DNA of 64,000 nucleotides from Bacilli bacterium (GCA_900755065.1 CAAEFC010000006.1:31828-95827), one strand, 5' to 3'; positions 37,625 to 48,294 are shown, counted from the stretch's first letter. Notes: generated by a model from the sequence alone, not told the origin. Numbers and translations: made by a program.

Positions 37625-38872
37625 ATGGCGAGGGTATGCATTCGCGCCTCGCGGTGCACGGGTTCCGTTTCCGTGCCGTCTTCCAAAAGCGACGCCCACC
37701 GCAAGATCATTGCCGCCGGACTGGCTTTCGGCGAGGTGAGCCGGATCGGACGCTTCGCCTTGTCCGACGATCTTCGGTACACGCTAGAAGCGATGCGCGC
37801 GTTTGCCGACATCGTCGTTTCGGATCGCCATATCGAAATGCACCCTCGGATTCCGGAAAGGAAAGAGGCGCGTTTCGACGCGGGCGAATCGGGTTCGACG
37901 CTTCGCTTTCTGATGCCTCTTTTCGCCCGATTCTTCGCGACGACCCGGATCGAAGCGAGGAAAAGCCTTCGGACGCGTCCGTTGGAACCGTACCGGGAAA
38001 TCTTTAAGGACCGGTTGGAAATCGGCGAAGAAATCGTCCTGAAAGGCGGTCTTTCCGGCGGAGATTACCGGATTTCGGGGAACCTTTCCTCGCAATTCGT
38101 CTCCGGCCTGCTCTTTGCTCTTCCTCTGATCGAAACGGATTCGACGCTGATCGTATCCGGGAGACTGGAATCGAAACCGTACGTCGATCTGACCCTTTCC
38201 GCCTTGAAGGAAGCCGGCATCTGCATCGAGGAAAGCGAAAACGCCTATCGGATTCGCGGAAACCAGCGATACAGGGGGTGCGACTACCGCGTCGAGGGCG
38301 ATTATTCGCAACTGGCCTTTTTCGCCGTGCTGGGGCAGATCAACGCGCCGATTCACGTGAAGATCGCTCCGAAAAAAACCTGTCAGGGCGACGCGCGGAT
38401 TCTGACGATGCTCCGCGCCTTTCACGGCCGTTTTCTGGAAGACGAGACGGGCTATACATTCCTCCCTTCCTCTTTGAAAGCGGCGGAAATCGATTTGGCG
38501 GACCAGCCGGATTTAGGACCGATCCTGTTCGTTCTGGCGCTGTTCGCCGAAGGAACGAGCCGTTTCGTCAACGTCCGCCGTCTGCGTTATAAGGAATGCG
38601 ATCGCATCGAAGCGATGAAAAGCGAATTGAAAAAATTCGGCGCGGAAATTTCAGTCGGAGAAAACGAAGTCTTGATCGCGGGACAGAAAGTGCATTCGCC
38701 GGATCAGATCGTCGATGCCCATAACGACCATCGGATTCTGATGGCTCTGTCGATTCTGGCGACGGTGACGAAAGAGACGACATTGGAAGATTCCCGATGT
38801 GTGAACAAGTCGTATCCGGGATTTTTCCGGGACTTAAAGAAGATCGGAATCGAGGTGAACGTCCTTGATTGA
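37625..38872 (+). CDS. aroA: 3-phosphoshikimate 1-carboxyvinyltransferase (EPSP synthase)
   Basis: VPSSKSDAHRKII, GESGSTLRFLMP, and overall length and order. Confidence 0.85.
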   Translation: MARVCIRASRCTGSVSVPSSKSDAHRKIIAAGLAFGEVSRIGRFALSDDLRYTLEAMRAFADIVVSDRHIEMHPRIPERKEARFDAGESGSTLRFLMPLFARFFATTRIEARKSLRTRPLEPYREIFKDRLEIGEEIVLKGGLSGGDYRISGNLSSQFVSGLLFALPLIETDSTLIVSGRLESKPYVDLTLSALKEAGICIEESENAYRIRGNQRYRGCDYRVEGDYSQLAFFAVLGQINAPIHVKIAPKKTCQGDARILTMLRAFHGRFLEDETGYTFLPSSLKAAEIDLADQPDLGPILFVLALFAEGTSRFVNVRRLRYKECDRIEAMKSELKKFGAEISVGENEVLIAGQKVHSPDQIVDAHNDHRILMALSILATVTKETTLEDSRCVNKSYPGFFRDLKKIGIEVNVLD

Positions 38873-39713
38873 AAAAGAAAAGCATTTTTTGATCGTCGGT
38901 CTGGGCATGATGGGCGGTTCGTACGCCGAGCGCCTGAGTCAGGCGGGGTATCGAGTTTACGCGGCGGACTCCGATCCGGACGCTCTGGCGATCGGAAAAA
39001 AGCGGGGGATCATCCGAAATGAGGACGAAAGCGAAGAAGACCGGATCGCCGGAGCCGATTATCTGATTCTGGCTCTTCCTCCGTCTCTTTGCCCCGTATG
39101 GCTTGAAAAGCATCGGAATCGCTTAAAGAAAGACGCGATGCTCACGGACATCATCGGGGTGAAAGCGCATTTCATCGACGATATGCAGAACCTTCTCGAA
39201 GAGGGACAGGAACTGATTTCGATGCACCCGATGACGGGAAAAGAGACCAAAGGCGTCGTTCATGCTTCCGGGAATATCTTCAATTCTTCTACCATGCTGA
39301 TCGTTCCGACGGAAAGGAATACCGCGCGGGGAAGGCAGTTCGCCGACGAACTCGCGAAGATCCTCGGGGTGAAAAACGTCCGCGTCGTCTCCGACAAAGA
39401 ACACGACCGTGCGGTCGGTTACGTTTCGCATCTTCCGCATCTTCTCGCGGTCAGTCTGATCAACGCCTGTCCCGACTCCGACTTCGGGGAATGCGCCGGT
39501 ACGGCGTTTAAGGATTTTTCAAGAATCGCGAACATCAACGAAGCGCTTTGGGGCGAGATTCTGATGGAAAACCGTCGGGAACTACTTCCCCTGATCGAAA
39601 AATACATCGCGGAACTGCATTTGCTTGAAGCGGCGCTGAAAGAAGAAGACCGGGAACGTCTGAATGCGGAATTGAAAAGGAGCCGGGAAAAAATGAATCG
39701 GCTCAGGAGGTAA
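38865..39713 (+). CDS. tyrA: prephenate dehydrogenase
   Basis: FLIVGLGMMGGSYAERL Rossmann motif. HPMTGKE. 282 aa. Confidence 0.7.
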   Translation: MIEKEKHFLIVGLGMMGGSYAERLSQAGYRVYAADSDPDALAIGKKRGIIRNEDESEEDRIAGADYLILALPPSLCPVWLEKHRNRLKKDAMLTDIIGVKAHFIDDMQNLLEEGQELISMHPMTGKETKGVVHASGNIFNSSTMLIVPTERNTARGRQFADELAKILGVKNVRVVSDKEHDRAVGYVSHLPHLLAVSLINACPDSDFGECAGTAFKDFSRIANINEALWGEILMENRRELLPLIEKYIAELHLLEAALKEEDRERLNAELKRSREKMNRLRR

Positions 39714-39715
39714 AA

Positions 39716-40105
39716 ATGGACGTTATTCTGACGAATATGTGTCTGATCGCCGACAAAGAAGGGCGGATTCTCGTGCAGAACCGCGAAAAAAAGGATTGGC
39801 CGGGTCTGACTTTTCCGGGCGGACACGTTCAGGAAGGGGAATCTTCGCTTGCTTCCGTGATTCGCGAAATCCGGGAAGAAACCGGGCTGACGTTAAACAA
39901 GGTCGTTCCCGTCGGTTACTACGAATGGCTCGGAGCGAAAAGGGAAGTGAGCCTTCTCTATTATTGCGACGATTATGCCGGAACGCTTGTTTCTTCCTCG
40001 GAGGGGACCGTCTTTTTTCTCCGCCCCGAAGATCTTTCGCGCTATGCGTGGAGCGCGGACTTCGACGCGATCCTCAACGTATACGCCGCCTTCTTTCATC
40101 GGTAA
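39716..40105 (+). CDS. Nudix hydrolase
   Basis: GGHVQEGESSLASVIREIREETGL Nudix box. Confidence 0.6.
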   Translation: MDVILTNMCLIADKEGRILVQNREKKDWPGLTFPGGHVQEGESSLASVIREIREETGLTLNKVVPVGYYEWLGAKREVSLLYYCDDYAGTLVSSSEGTVFFLRPEDLSRYAWSADFDAILNVYAAFFHR

Positions 40106-40363
40106 TCACTTTTCTTCGAGCCTTTTCGTCAGGACGAACAGGTAACGCATGAAATCGGCGTACAGATCCGCGTATTTGGGATGATTCAGACGCGCGAGAT
40201 TCTTTTTCAGCACTTCCTTTTCCCGTTCCGGATCGTGAATCGGAAGACGATTCTCCTTTTTGTATGCGCCGATTTTTTCCGCGATCGCCATTCTTTTTCC
40301 GAACAGTTCCGCCATGGAGGCGTCGATCGCATCGATTTCTTTCCGCCAGTTTTCCAATTCCAT
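40106..40363 (-). CDS. chorismate mutase (AroQ class)
   Basis: MELENWRKEIDAIDASMAELFGKRMAIAEKIGAYKKENRLPIHDPEREKEVL. The track ORF extended upstream was trimmed to this Met. Confidence 0.6.
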   Translation of the reverse strand: MELENWRKEIDAIDASMAELFGKRMAIAEKIGAYKKENRLPIHDPEREKEVLKKNLARLNHPKYADLYADFMRYLFVLTKRLEEK

Positions 40364-40421
40364 ATCTTCTTTTCCTTTGCTACGTTTAATGCTATAATAG
40401 CAGAGAAAGAGAACGAAATCT

Positions 40422-42668
40422 ATGGAATTATTGGCACCGGTGGGAAATTTCAACGCATTGGAAGCGGCGATCAACGCCGGCGCGGACGCGGTTTATCTGG
40501 GCGGAAAGCGTTTTTCCGCGCGAAGTTACGCGACCAATTTCACCGAAGAAGAGATCGCCGAATGCATCCGGTATGCGCACGTCCGCGACGTCCGCGTCTA
40601 CGTGGCGCTGAACACGCTGATTTTTGAAGACGAATTCGCCGATGCGGTGCAATTCGCCCGTTTTCTGTACCTTCACGATGTCGACGGGATTCTGTTGCAG
40701 GATCTCGGACTGGCCTTTTATCTGCACCGCGCGTTTCCGGATCTGGTTCTTCACGCGTCCACGCAATTAAACTGTCACAATCCGGCGCAGGCGAAGAGTC
40801 TGATCGGAATGGGGTTCCGGCGATTGGTTCTGGCGCGGGAAGTTTCTTCGGAAGAAGTCAAGGCGATCGTCGCGCTGGGCGCCGAAGTCGAAGTCTTCGT
40901 GCAGGGTTCGCTCTGCGTTTCGTATTCGGGAAACTGCCTGATGTCGTCTTTTATCGGAAATCGCAGCGGAAATCGCGGAAAGTGCGCGCAACCGTGCCGG
41001 AACAGCATGCGGGTGATCGGAAAAGAAGGCGCGAAAGGGGAGTACGCCGTTTCCACGAAAGACCTGATGACGCTGGACCGAATCGAAGAATACCGGAAAC
41101 TCGGCGTGGATTCCCTGAAAATCGAAGGGCGCATGAAACAGGACGAATACATCTATCAGGTCGTCGCTTCTTATCGTCGGGCTTTGGACGGAACATGCGT
41201 TTCCGTCGGAAACGAAATCGGAAAAATACGCAGAATCTACAATCGAAAATTCACCGAAGGTTATCTCTTCGGCGCGAGCCGGACGCAATTGCTCAACCCC
41301 GATACGCCGTCGAATCTCGGCATAGAAATCGGCGAGGTCGTCCGAATCAAAGGCGGAACCGCCGAAATTCTGTTGAAAGAAGACGTCCGCCTTCACGACG
41401 GGATCAAGTTTCTGAATCGCCGTCTGGACGGTTTCCTTCTGACGGCTTTCAAAGTGCAGGGACGCCATGCGAAAGAAGCGAAGAAAGGGGAAATCATTTC
41501 GGTGGATATCCGCGGAATCTCCTTGCAGAAGGGAACGAAAGTGATGCGGACAAGCGATTCTTCGCTCTTAGAAGAAATCCGGAAACAGATGAAAATTCCG
41601 AAAAAAATTCCGCTGAAACTGACTCTGGAAGGCGACATTGGCGAACCGTTTCGCGTCGTCGTCGAAGACCGAAGAGGAAACCGCGCGGAATACGTTTCCT
41701 CCTGCCTTCTTCAAAAAGCCGATTCCTGCCCGACGTCTTTTGCGAAAATCGTCGCCCAGATGAACCGGACGGATACGTTTCCGTACTACTTTCCGTCTGT
41801 CGATATCCGAATGCCGGAAGGGATTTTTCTTCCGGTTTCCCGAATCAACGAAGCGCGGAGAGAAGTTCTTCTTCAAATCGACCGGAAACGGGAACGGATG
41901 AAAGAAGCCGTCCGGAACGAGGAAGCGTATGCGTGCCGGCTGGATGAGGTTGAGACCCGTCTTTGCCTCGTCAAGACCGAGACCGAAGAGCAGAAAGCGC
42001 AGGTGGATTCGAATCGGTATGACCTCTGCGGTGAAAAAGGCGGCGCTTTCGTCTTTCTTCCGCGTATCGATCACCGCGACGAAAAAAAGACGAAGGATCG
42101 TCAGATCGCTTCGTACTACAAAGAAACGGAACCGGGTTTGACGATTTTTTCGCCTTACGGAAATACGACGAATTCCTATGCGTTGGATTTCCTCTTTTCG
42201 CAAGGATACTCGCTGGTATTCGCCTCGCTGGAATGCACATTCGGTCAAATCGAAGCGATGCGGCGGGGCTTCTTTCGCCGGCACGGATTTTATCCGAATC
42301 TGGGAATCTACCTCTACGGGCATCCGGATTACATGGTGATGAAATCCTGCCCGATCGCGTCGGCGTTTCAAAAGAAGCGCGACCATTGCCTTCTGTGTTC
42401 GAAGAACCGTTTTTATCTGAGAGACCGTCTGAATTCGGCATACCCTTTGGTTACCGACGGGCAATGTCTGACCCGGGTTCTTTCGCCCCGCCCGATCTCT
42501 CTGTTCGCTCAGACGGAGACGATCGAAAAAGCAGGTATCCGGAATTTTCTGATCGATTTCACGATCGAAGACGGGAAGGAAGTTCAGCGCGTTTTCAGAG
42601 CCTTTGAGGAACGGAAAGTCTTGGATCAGAAGGATTTTTCAGGGCATTATTTCCGCGCGACCGACTAA
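40422..42668 (+). CDS. peptidase U32 family protein (collagenase-like, long form)
   Basis: MELLAPVGNFNALEAAINAGADAVYLGG..., conserved E/C-rich core EGRMK.. Confidence 0.8.
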   Translation: MELLAPVGNFNALEAAINAGADAVYLGGKRFSARSYATNFTEEEIAECIRYAHVRDVRVYVALNTLIFEDEFADAVQFARFLYLHDVDGILLQDLGLAFYLHRAFPDLVLHASTQLNCHNPAQAKSLIGMGFRRLVLAREVSSEEVKAIVALGAEVEVFVQGSLCVSYSGNCLMSSFIGNRSGNRGKCAQPCRNSMRVIGKEGAKGEYAVSTKDLMTLDRIEEYRKLGVDSLKIEGRMKQDEYIYQVVASYRRALDGTCVSVGNEIGKIRRIYNRKFTEGYLFGASRTQLLNPDTPSNLGIEIGEVVRIKGGTAEILLKEDVRLHDGIKFLNRRLDGFLLTAFKVQGRHAKEAKKGEIISVDIRGISLQKGTKVMRTSDSSLLEEIRKQMKIPKKIPLKLTLEGDIGEPFRVVVEDRRGNRAEYVSSCLLQKADSCPTSFAKIVAQMNRTDTFPYYFPSVDIRMPEGIFLPVSRINEARREVLLQIDRKRERMKEAVRNEEAYACRLDEVETRLCLVKTETEEQKAQVDSNRYDLCGEKGGAFVFLPRIDHRDEKKTKDRQIASYYKETEPGLTIFSPYGNTTNSYALDFLFSQGYSLVFASLECTFGQIEAMRRGFFRRHGFYPNLGIYLYGHPDYMVMKSCPIASAFQKKRDHCLLCSKNRFYLRDRLNSAYPLVTDGQCLTRVLSPRPISLFAQTETIEKAGIRNFLIDFTIEDGKEVQRVFRAFEERKVLDQKDFSGHYFRATD

Positions 42669-43465
42669 ATCCGGTATTTTTTCCGAAGCAGTTTTTCGAT
42701 CAGCACGACGATGCCGTACATCAGGAAAGCGATCGCCGAAAGAATGAAGATGCCCATCATCACCAGATCGAGTTTGAAGACCTGTCCGCCGTACATCACC
42801 AGGTAGCCGAGTCCGCGCCTTGAAGCGAGAAATTCGCCCACGATGACGCCGACCCAGGAAAGTCCGATGCAGACCTTGACCGTAGACAGCAGATTGATGA
42901 TATTCGCGGGAAAGATGACCTTGAAAAGGATCTGCGCCTTGCTCGCTTTCATGCTTTTCATCATGACGATCAGGTCGGAATCGACGTTCTTGAAATAATT
43001 CAAGGTGTTGAGGATCGTGATGATGAGGACGAAAGAAACGCAAACGCCGACGATTCCTTTCAATCCCGTCCCGAGCCAGATGATCAGAATCGGCGCGATC
43101 GCCGATTTCGGCAAGGCGTTCAGCAAAACCAGATACGGATCGAGAACCCGCGCGGCGAACGGCCACAGATAGAGCAAGGTGGCGATCAGAATGCCGCCGA
43201 TCAGCGAAATCGCCAATCCGATTATGGTTTCTGCCGTCGAAATGAGAACGTGGGAGAAGATTTCGCCGCTGAGGGTGTAGGCGCTTAACAACGTCCACAC
43301 TTTGGAAGGCGAAGAGAGCAGAAAACTGTTGAGGACGTTCCATCGGGTCAGGAATTCCCACGCGCAAAAGAAGAGAACCAGAATCGAAACCTGAATGATC
43401 AGAACGTTTCTTTTTTCGCTACGTTTCTGCTTTTTGTAGTCGGATACCGAATTGACTTTTTTCAT
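42665..43465 (-). CDS. ABC transporter permease (NitT/TauT-type)
   Basis: Six-TM permease pattern with the EAA-like loop. Confidence 0.7.
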   Translation of the reverse strand: MKKVNSVSDYKKQKRSEKRNVLIIQVSILVLFFCAWEFLTRWNVLNSFLLSSPSKVWTLLSAYTLSGEIFSHVLISTAETIIGLAISLIGGILIATLLYLWPFAARVLDPYLVLLNALPKSAIAPILIIWLGTGLKGIVGVCVSFVLIITILNTLNYFKNVDSDLIVMMKSMKASKAQILFKVIFPANIINLLSTVKVCIGLSWVGVIVGEFLASRRGLGYLVMYGGQVFKLDLVMMGIFILSAIAFLMYGIVVLIEKLLRKKYRI

Positions 43466-43528
43466 GAAATCTCACCTAGTATATTCTATGAAAGCGTTCG
43501 GCGGGATTGATTCAATCGGGCGAATGAC

Positions 43529-44263
43529 TTATTCGGCGTTGATCGCCTGATAGATTTCATTGAAATATTCGGAAAAAAGCGGATTTCTTCTTCGATCCGT
43601 TGGTTTTTCGTCTTTTTCGAATCCGAAACGGATTTCCTTTTTGATCTTCGTGGGGCGATTGGAAAGGATCAGCGCCCGATCGGAAAGCGCGATCGCTTCT
43701 TCGATGTCGTGCGTTACCATTAACGCGGAGATGTTTTCGTTTCGGATAATGGCGTATACGTCGTCCTGAACCAGAAGACGGGTCTGAAAGTCGAGTTTGG
43801 AAAAGGGCTCGTCGAGGAGAAGCACGTCGGGTTTGAGTACCAAGGTTCGGATCAGGGAAACCCTTTGGCGAAGACCGCCGCTTAACTCGTTGGGATAATA
43901 GGAACTGAATTCCTGAATCTGATACTTTTTCATCAGTTCGCGGGCGAATTTTTCAGATTCTTTGGATTTGTCCTTTTTGATTTCCAGCCCGATCGTCACG
44001 TTTTTATAGATATTCCGCCAGGACATCAGACAGTCCTTCTGAAACATATAGCCGAGTTTTCCGTTGATCCGGATTTCTCCGCCGGTGGGTTCGCAAAGTT
44101 CGTTGATCAGATTGAGAATCGTCGATTTGCCGCAGCCGGAAGGGCCGAGAATCGCCACGATTTCCTGCTTTTCGATCGAAAAGGAAATGTCGTCGAGGAC
44201 TTTGGTCTCCTGTTTTTCGGAAAAAAAGGACTTGGATACGTGATTGAAATTGATGAATTCCAT
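43529..44263 (-). CDS. ABC transporter ATP-binding protein (NitT/TauT-type)
   Basis: GPSGCGKST Walker A, LSGGLRQR signature, LLLDEPFSKLD Walker B. Confidence 0.8.
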   Translation of the reverse strand: MEFINFNHVSKSFFSEKQETKVLDDISFSIEKQEIVAILGPSGCGKSTILNLINELCEPTGGEIRINGKLGYMFQKDCLMSWRNIYKNVTIGLEIKKDKSKESEKFARELMKKYQIQEFSSYYPNELSGGLRQRVSLIRTLVLKPDVLLLDEPFSKLDFQTRLLVQDDVYAIIRNENISALMVTHDIEEAIALSDRALILSNRPTKIKKEIRFGFEKDEKPTDRRRNPLFSEYFNEIYQAINAE

Positions 44264-44360
44264 AAGTTGAACACCTAATTTAATCTATGAAAAGGCAAAT
44301 CATCGGTGATTAAAAGATTTATGAAGATATTTTCGACGGAATGCTTTACAATAGATTCGG

Positions 44361-45011
44361 GTGATTTTTTTGAACGGATATCTGGACAATCTCAACCGTC
44401 TCTTCTCCGACGACGATGCCGTCTCTTTTCAGGCGCTTCTCGAAAAGAAGAACTGGCTGTTACGAAAACTCTTCGTTCCGATCCGGTTCGATCGGGAGGA
44501 AATCGACGGCGAAGTCGTTTATCCGGAAATCCACGCCTTGTCGGATTCGGCCTTTGTCTTTAAAAAACTGGATTACGACCGGACGCTTTTTTCCGCGATC
44601 GAATACGATCGGGCGTTAAAACTCATCGGGGATTTCAATGCAGAATACCGCTTTCTGTATCTGAAAGACTATCCGGATTTCGGCGAAGAAGAGTTGTACG
44701 CGGAAGCGGACATGAAACGGATCGACGAACGCGCGTACAGGGAACTGGTCGGGAATTTTTATCCTTGTTTTGTAAACCCGGAAGAGGCCGGTCTTGTCTT
44801 TGACAGCCGTCCCGTCGAATTGCTGAAACTGGCGATGGTGAGAAAAAACGGCTATGTGCTGATTCTGGGAAAAGAAAGCCTTCTGAACGATCGCTACTAT
44901 CTTCCGGTCATCTGCCGTCTGCACTGTTCCGGAAGAATCGACGAAGAAAAGAAAAGAACGGTCGAAGAAATCGCGCTCTATTTAAACGCGGAGGTGACCT
45001 TCTATGACTAG
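44361..45011 (+). CDS. hypothetical protein
   Basis: 216 aa, no recognisable motif. Translationally coupled (8-nt overlap) to the next ORF. Confidence 0.4.
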   Translation: MIFLNGYLDNLNRLFSDDDAVSFQALLEKKNWLLRKLFVPIRFDREEIDGEVVYPEIHALSDSAFVFKKLDYDRTLFSAIEYDRALKLIGDFNAEYRFLYLKDYPDFGEEELYAEADMKRIDERAYRELVGNFYPCFVNPEEAGLVFDSRPVELLKLAMVRKNGYVLILGKESLLNDRYYLPVICRLHCSGRIDEEKKRTVEEIALYLNAEVTFYD

Positions 45012-46098
45012 GGAAGACGCGTTCAATCAACTCTACGATCTGGAAGGTTATCCGGAAGAGATGAAGAAAGACCTCTATCCGATCTTCGAGAGTCTCTATG
45101 CCGCGATCAGCCGCAGAATGGAAAAAGAGCATAAGGACATCTACGTTCTCGAACCGGACGTCGTTCTCAGTTACCTTTGCGAGGAACACCTGTTCAATAT
45201 CCGCCTTTTGTCTCCGGATCAGGTCCGTCATCTTTTTGAAAACACCAACTACGCGGAAAGGCTGACGGCCATTCTCAGCGATAAGATTTACATCAACGAA
45301 TTCCGGAGTTACGAGAACGAACCCCTGATCCGGAAGCACAATCCCTTAGTGACGACATACGAATTCTTTCTGAATTTCATCATGAACCGTTTCGACGAAC
45401 TTTCCCGGTTGAAAAATCCAAGAAGTCCGATCTTTCTGGACATTCTGAAAAAGGGGTTGGAAATGTCGAAAGGGGTCATCTATCTTTTGAATCATTGCTT
45501 TGAAACGGAGGCTTTCGCCACCTGGCGGACTCTTCACGAAGTCGAATGCATCGCAAAAGTTCTTTACGATATGCCGTATCTGGAAAAGATTTACGCCCGG
45601 CACATCGAATACGCCCGGTTCTATCACAGCGATAACGGCGATCCGGAAAGGCAGGAAGCCCTGCATCGGGAAGTCAGGGAAAAGATGCAGCCTCTCGGAC
45701 TGAAATCGAAAGATACCAAAAAGTACATCGAATACGGTTGGCTTTACGGCATCGAAAATCACGCGGAAGTCTATCCGGAGATGAAACTGAACTTTCGGAA
45801 AGGAGTAGAACTCGTCGCGGGGCTGAGCCGGTATGCTTCGGCATACGAAACCAGCAGCGAACTGGCGCACAGTTCGCCTTTGCTCATTTATTCAAACCGG
45901 GATTACTTCAAAAGCATGGCGATTCTCCACCTGTACGGAACGTTTTTCCGGATGGAAGCGATGCTCAACGATTATCTGACGAAAGAGGAAGGTATCGATT
46001 CTTCGGCGTATTTCGCCATGAGAAAAGACTATCTGGAAGAGATGAAGAAAAACATTTCCATCGAGCGCATCGCGTTCGAGATGAAGTATTCGCGATAG
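45004..46098 (+). CDS. hypothetical protein
   Basis: 364 aa, no recognisable motif. Confidence 0.4.
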   Translation: MTREDAFNQLYDLEGYPEEMKKDLYPIFESLYAAISRRMEKEHKDIYVLEPDVVLSYLCEEHLFNIRLLSPDQVRHLFENTNYAERLTAILSDKIYINEFRSYENEPLIRKHNPLVTTYEFFLNFIMNRFDELSRLKNPRSPIFLDILKKGLEMSKGVIYLLNHCFETEAFATWRTLHEVECIAKVLYDMPYLEKIYARHIEYARFYHSDNGDPERQEALHREVREKMQPLGLKSKDTKKYIEYGWLYGIENHAEVYPEMKLNFRKGVELVAGLSRYASAYETSSELAHSSPLLIYSNRDYFKSMAILHLYGTFFRMEAMLNDYLTKEEGIDSSAYFAMRKDYLEEMKKNISIERIAFEMKYSR

Positions 46099-46099
46099 T

Positions 46100-47749
46100 T
46101 TATACGTCTTTGAAACAGGAACCGCCGATAAATTCGCGGAGAATCGAATTGCAGGGAACCCACGTTGGTTCGAGATCGACGAAGAATTTCAGAAATTTGA
46201 TCAGACGGTTCGCCAGAGAATAATGAGGCGAATTGATGTTGATCTTTTTTAAAAGCGGCAACGCGTAACTTTTCATCACGCAGATTTCGTAAGGCAAAAG
46301 CGAATTGAACACGTAATTCGCGTTTTCCTGCGTCTTGTAAATCCACTTGAATTCGCCTTTCCGAACCGAAGGCCACATCGAGATCGTTTCCTCCGCGGAA
46401 GAATTGCGGAACTGATAGTCGCGGACAATTCTTCTCAAAAGCCGCAGATCGGTAAGGGAAATCGGATTGTGATTGTCGATGTTGATCTGCGCCTGAGGGG
46501 CGATGAAAATTTTGAATTTCTGGTGCTTAGCGATCAGCGAAGTCAGTTTTTCGTTCAAAGCGTGAATGCCTTCGATGATGATGATTTCGTCCGGTTCGAT
46601 CTGAATGGTTCTTCCCGGAACGCGTTTGCCCGACTGGAAATCGAAATGAGGCAGTTGCACCTTTTCGCCGTTGATCAGATCGAGCATATTCTGATTGAAA
46701 AGCGGAACGTCGAGGGCTTCCAGACATTCCAGGTCCGGCTTTCCGTCCTCGCCTAGCGGAGTGATCTCCTTGTCCAGATAGTAATCGTCGATCGAAATCC
46801 GGACGGTTTTGATGCCGATGGAGAGTAATTCGATGCGCAAGCGGTTGGCAAACGTCGTCTTGCCCGAACTCGAAGGGCCGGCGATGCAGATCAGTTTGAT
46901 GTTGCCGCTGTTGGCTTTGATCTGCTGTCCCAGATCGGCCAGCATATTGTTGTGATGCTGTTCGCAAAGGTTGATGAAATCGATCGCGCCGTCCTTTTCG
47001 ACGTGCTTGTTGATCGCGGCGATCGAATCGGATCGGACCAATTTCGCCCAGGTGTAGGATTCTTTCAGCGTGTTTCCGTAAACCGGCGCTTCTTCAAAGA
47101 CGGGAATCTTGCCTTTTTCTTCGCTTCGCGGGTATTGAACGAGAATGCCGTTGCCGAACTGAATCAGACGGTAGTCCCGGATATGCCCGGTAGAGGGAAC
47201 CATATGACCATACATATAGTTCAGATAGCCGTCGCACTCGTAGAAATGAACCGTCTTTTCCGGACGATATTTGAGGATTTCGATCTTGTCGGAGAATCCC
47301 CGTTCCTGATAGATCTTTTCCGCCTCTTCGTTCGTGACGATTTTTCGGACCAGCGGATAATCGTGGGCGATGATGTCGTCCATCGTCGCTTTCAGCAATT
47401 TGACGTCTTCGCTTGTAAAGTGTCTTCCGCCGCCGACGATGGAAATGTAGATCGAGCGCGAGATGTTGTAGGAAAATTTGATTTTGAAATCCGTGAAGGC
47501 GCGGGAAGCCGCCATGGCGATGATGTAGCGCAGACTGGTTTCGTAAATCTTGATCGCATAGTAATCGGCCTTCGTGTAGAGTTCGACTTCGGCATCGTAA
47601 AACACCTCGTAGGTGAGTTCTCTGAGCCGATTGTTGACGGACGCGTTGATATAATCGTGAACGTCCCCTTCGATTAAGTCGAGAAGTTTGACTTTGTGGT
47701 CGAATTCTTTCTCCTGACCGCGGATTTTGATTTTAAACGTGTTGCTCAT
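46100..47749 (-). CDS. uridine-kinase/phosphoribulokinase-family nucleoside kinase with N-terminal TGS-like domain
   Basis: ICIAGPSSSGKTTFANRL P-loop. IDDYY. N-terminal IKIRGQEKEFDHKVKLLDLI. Confidence 0.55.
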   Translation of the reverse strand: MSNTFKIKIRGQEKEFDHKVKLLDLIEGDVHDYINASVNNRLRELTYEVFYDAEVELYTKADYYAIKIYETSLRYIIAMAASRAFTDFKIKFSYNISRSIYISIVGGGRHFTSEDVKLLKATMDDIIAHDYPLVRKIVTNEEAEKIYQERGFSDKIEILKYRPEKTVHFYECDGYLNYMYGHMVPSTGHIRDYRLIQFGNGILVQYPRSEEKGKIPVFEEAPVYGNTLKESYTWAKLVRSDSIAAINKHVEKDGAIDFINLCEQHHNNMLADLGQQIKANSGNIKLICIAGPSSSGKTTFANRLRIELLSIGIKTVRISIDDYYLDKEITPLGEDGKPDLECLEALDVPLFNQNMLDLINGEKVQLPHFDFQSGKRVPGRTIQIEPDEIIIIEGIHALNEKLTSLIAKHQKFKIFIAPQAQINIDNHNPISLTDLRLLRRIVRDYQFRNSSAEETISMWPSVRKGEFKWIYKTQENANYVFNSLLPYEICVMKSYALPLLKKININSPHYSLANRLIKFLKFFVDLEPTWVPCNSILREFIGGSCFKDV

Positions 47750-47947
47750 GGTTAGCCTCCTTCGGTTAGAAAATCATATCGGATATCTGTGCTAAAATCA
47801 AGGGATAAATTTTTTCATTCTTTTAGAATGAAGGTTTTTTGTAAGCGATTACATTATAACGCTTCTCTGACGCGATGAAAAGAAAAAGCGCATAGAAAGG
47901 GGAGAAAGGCGCATAATTTATTTTGTAGCGATTTCCGAAAATAATCC

Positions 47948-47976
47948 TTGCAACGCTTATCGCTAAGTGATATTAT
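47948..47976 (+). promoter_or_regulatory. sigma-A-type promoter for tRNA-fMet (TTGCAA-17-TATTAT)
   Basis: Seen directly, ~20 nt upstream of the tRNA 5' end. Confidence 0.4.
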
Positions 47977-47996
47977 AAATAAGCAATCGCAAATAT

Positions 47997-48073
<77 letters not shown>

Positions 48074-48082
48074 AAAAAATTC

Positions 48083-48117
48083 AGGCTCCGAACGTTCGGG
48101 GCTTTTTTTCAGGGCTT
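48083..48117 (+). terminator. rho-independent terminator after tRNA-fMet
   Basis: gctccgaacg / cgttcggggc stem followed by TTTTTTT. Confidence 0.4.
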
Positions 48118-48248
48118 TTTCGTTGAAAAAAGGGATTCCGCACCGAACAGCGATTACCGGCTGTTTTTCAGAGCGGAATCTTCTTTTCCGAAGGGCGTCG
48201 CACAGAACGAAAGGAGACTTCCAAAATAGAGAAATTTAGAAAAATCGC

Positions 48249-48277
48249 TTGCAAATCGTTTCTCTTTTATGGATAAT
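48249..48277 (+). promoter_or_regulatory. sigma-A-type promoter for tRNA-Asp/tRNA-Phe (TTGCAA-17-GATAAT)
   Basis: Seen directly, ~17 nt upstream of the tRNA-Asp 5' end. Confidence 0.4.
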
Positions 48278-48294
48278 GTATAAGCAACTGTTTT

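Noticed and set aside
28917-38425. Many long antisense or alternative-frame ORFs in the GC-rich core (e.g. 28917..29534-, 29129..29842-, 30841..32226-, 33824..34828-, 36562..37812-, 37784..38425-)
   Set aside because: Each lies opposite or out of frame with a well-supported conserved gene (eno, polY, nuclease, aroB/C, aroF, aroA). Their Arg/Pro-rich composition is the signature of non-coding frames in high-GC sequence.
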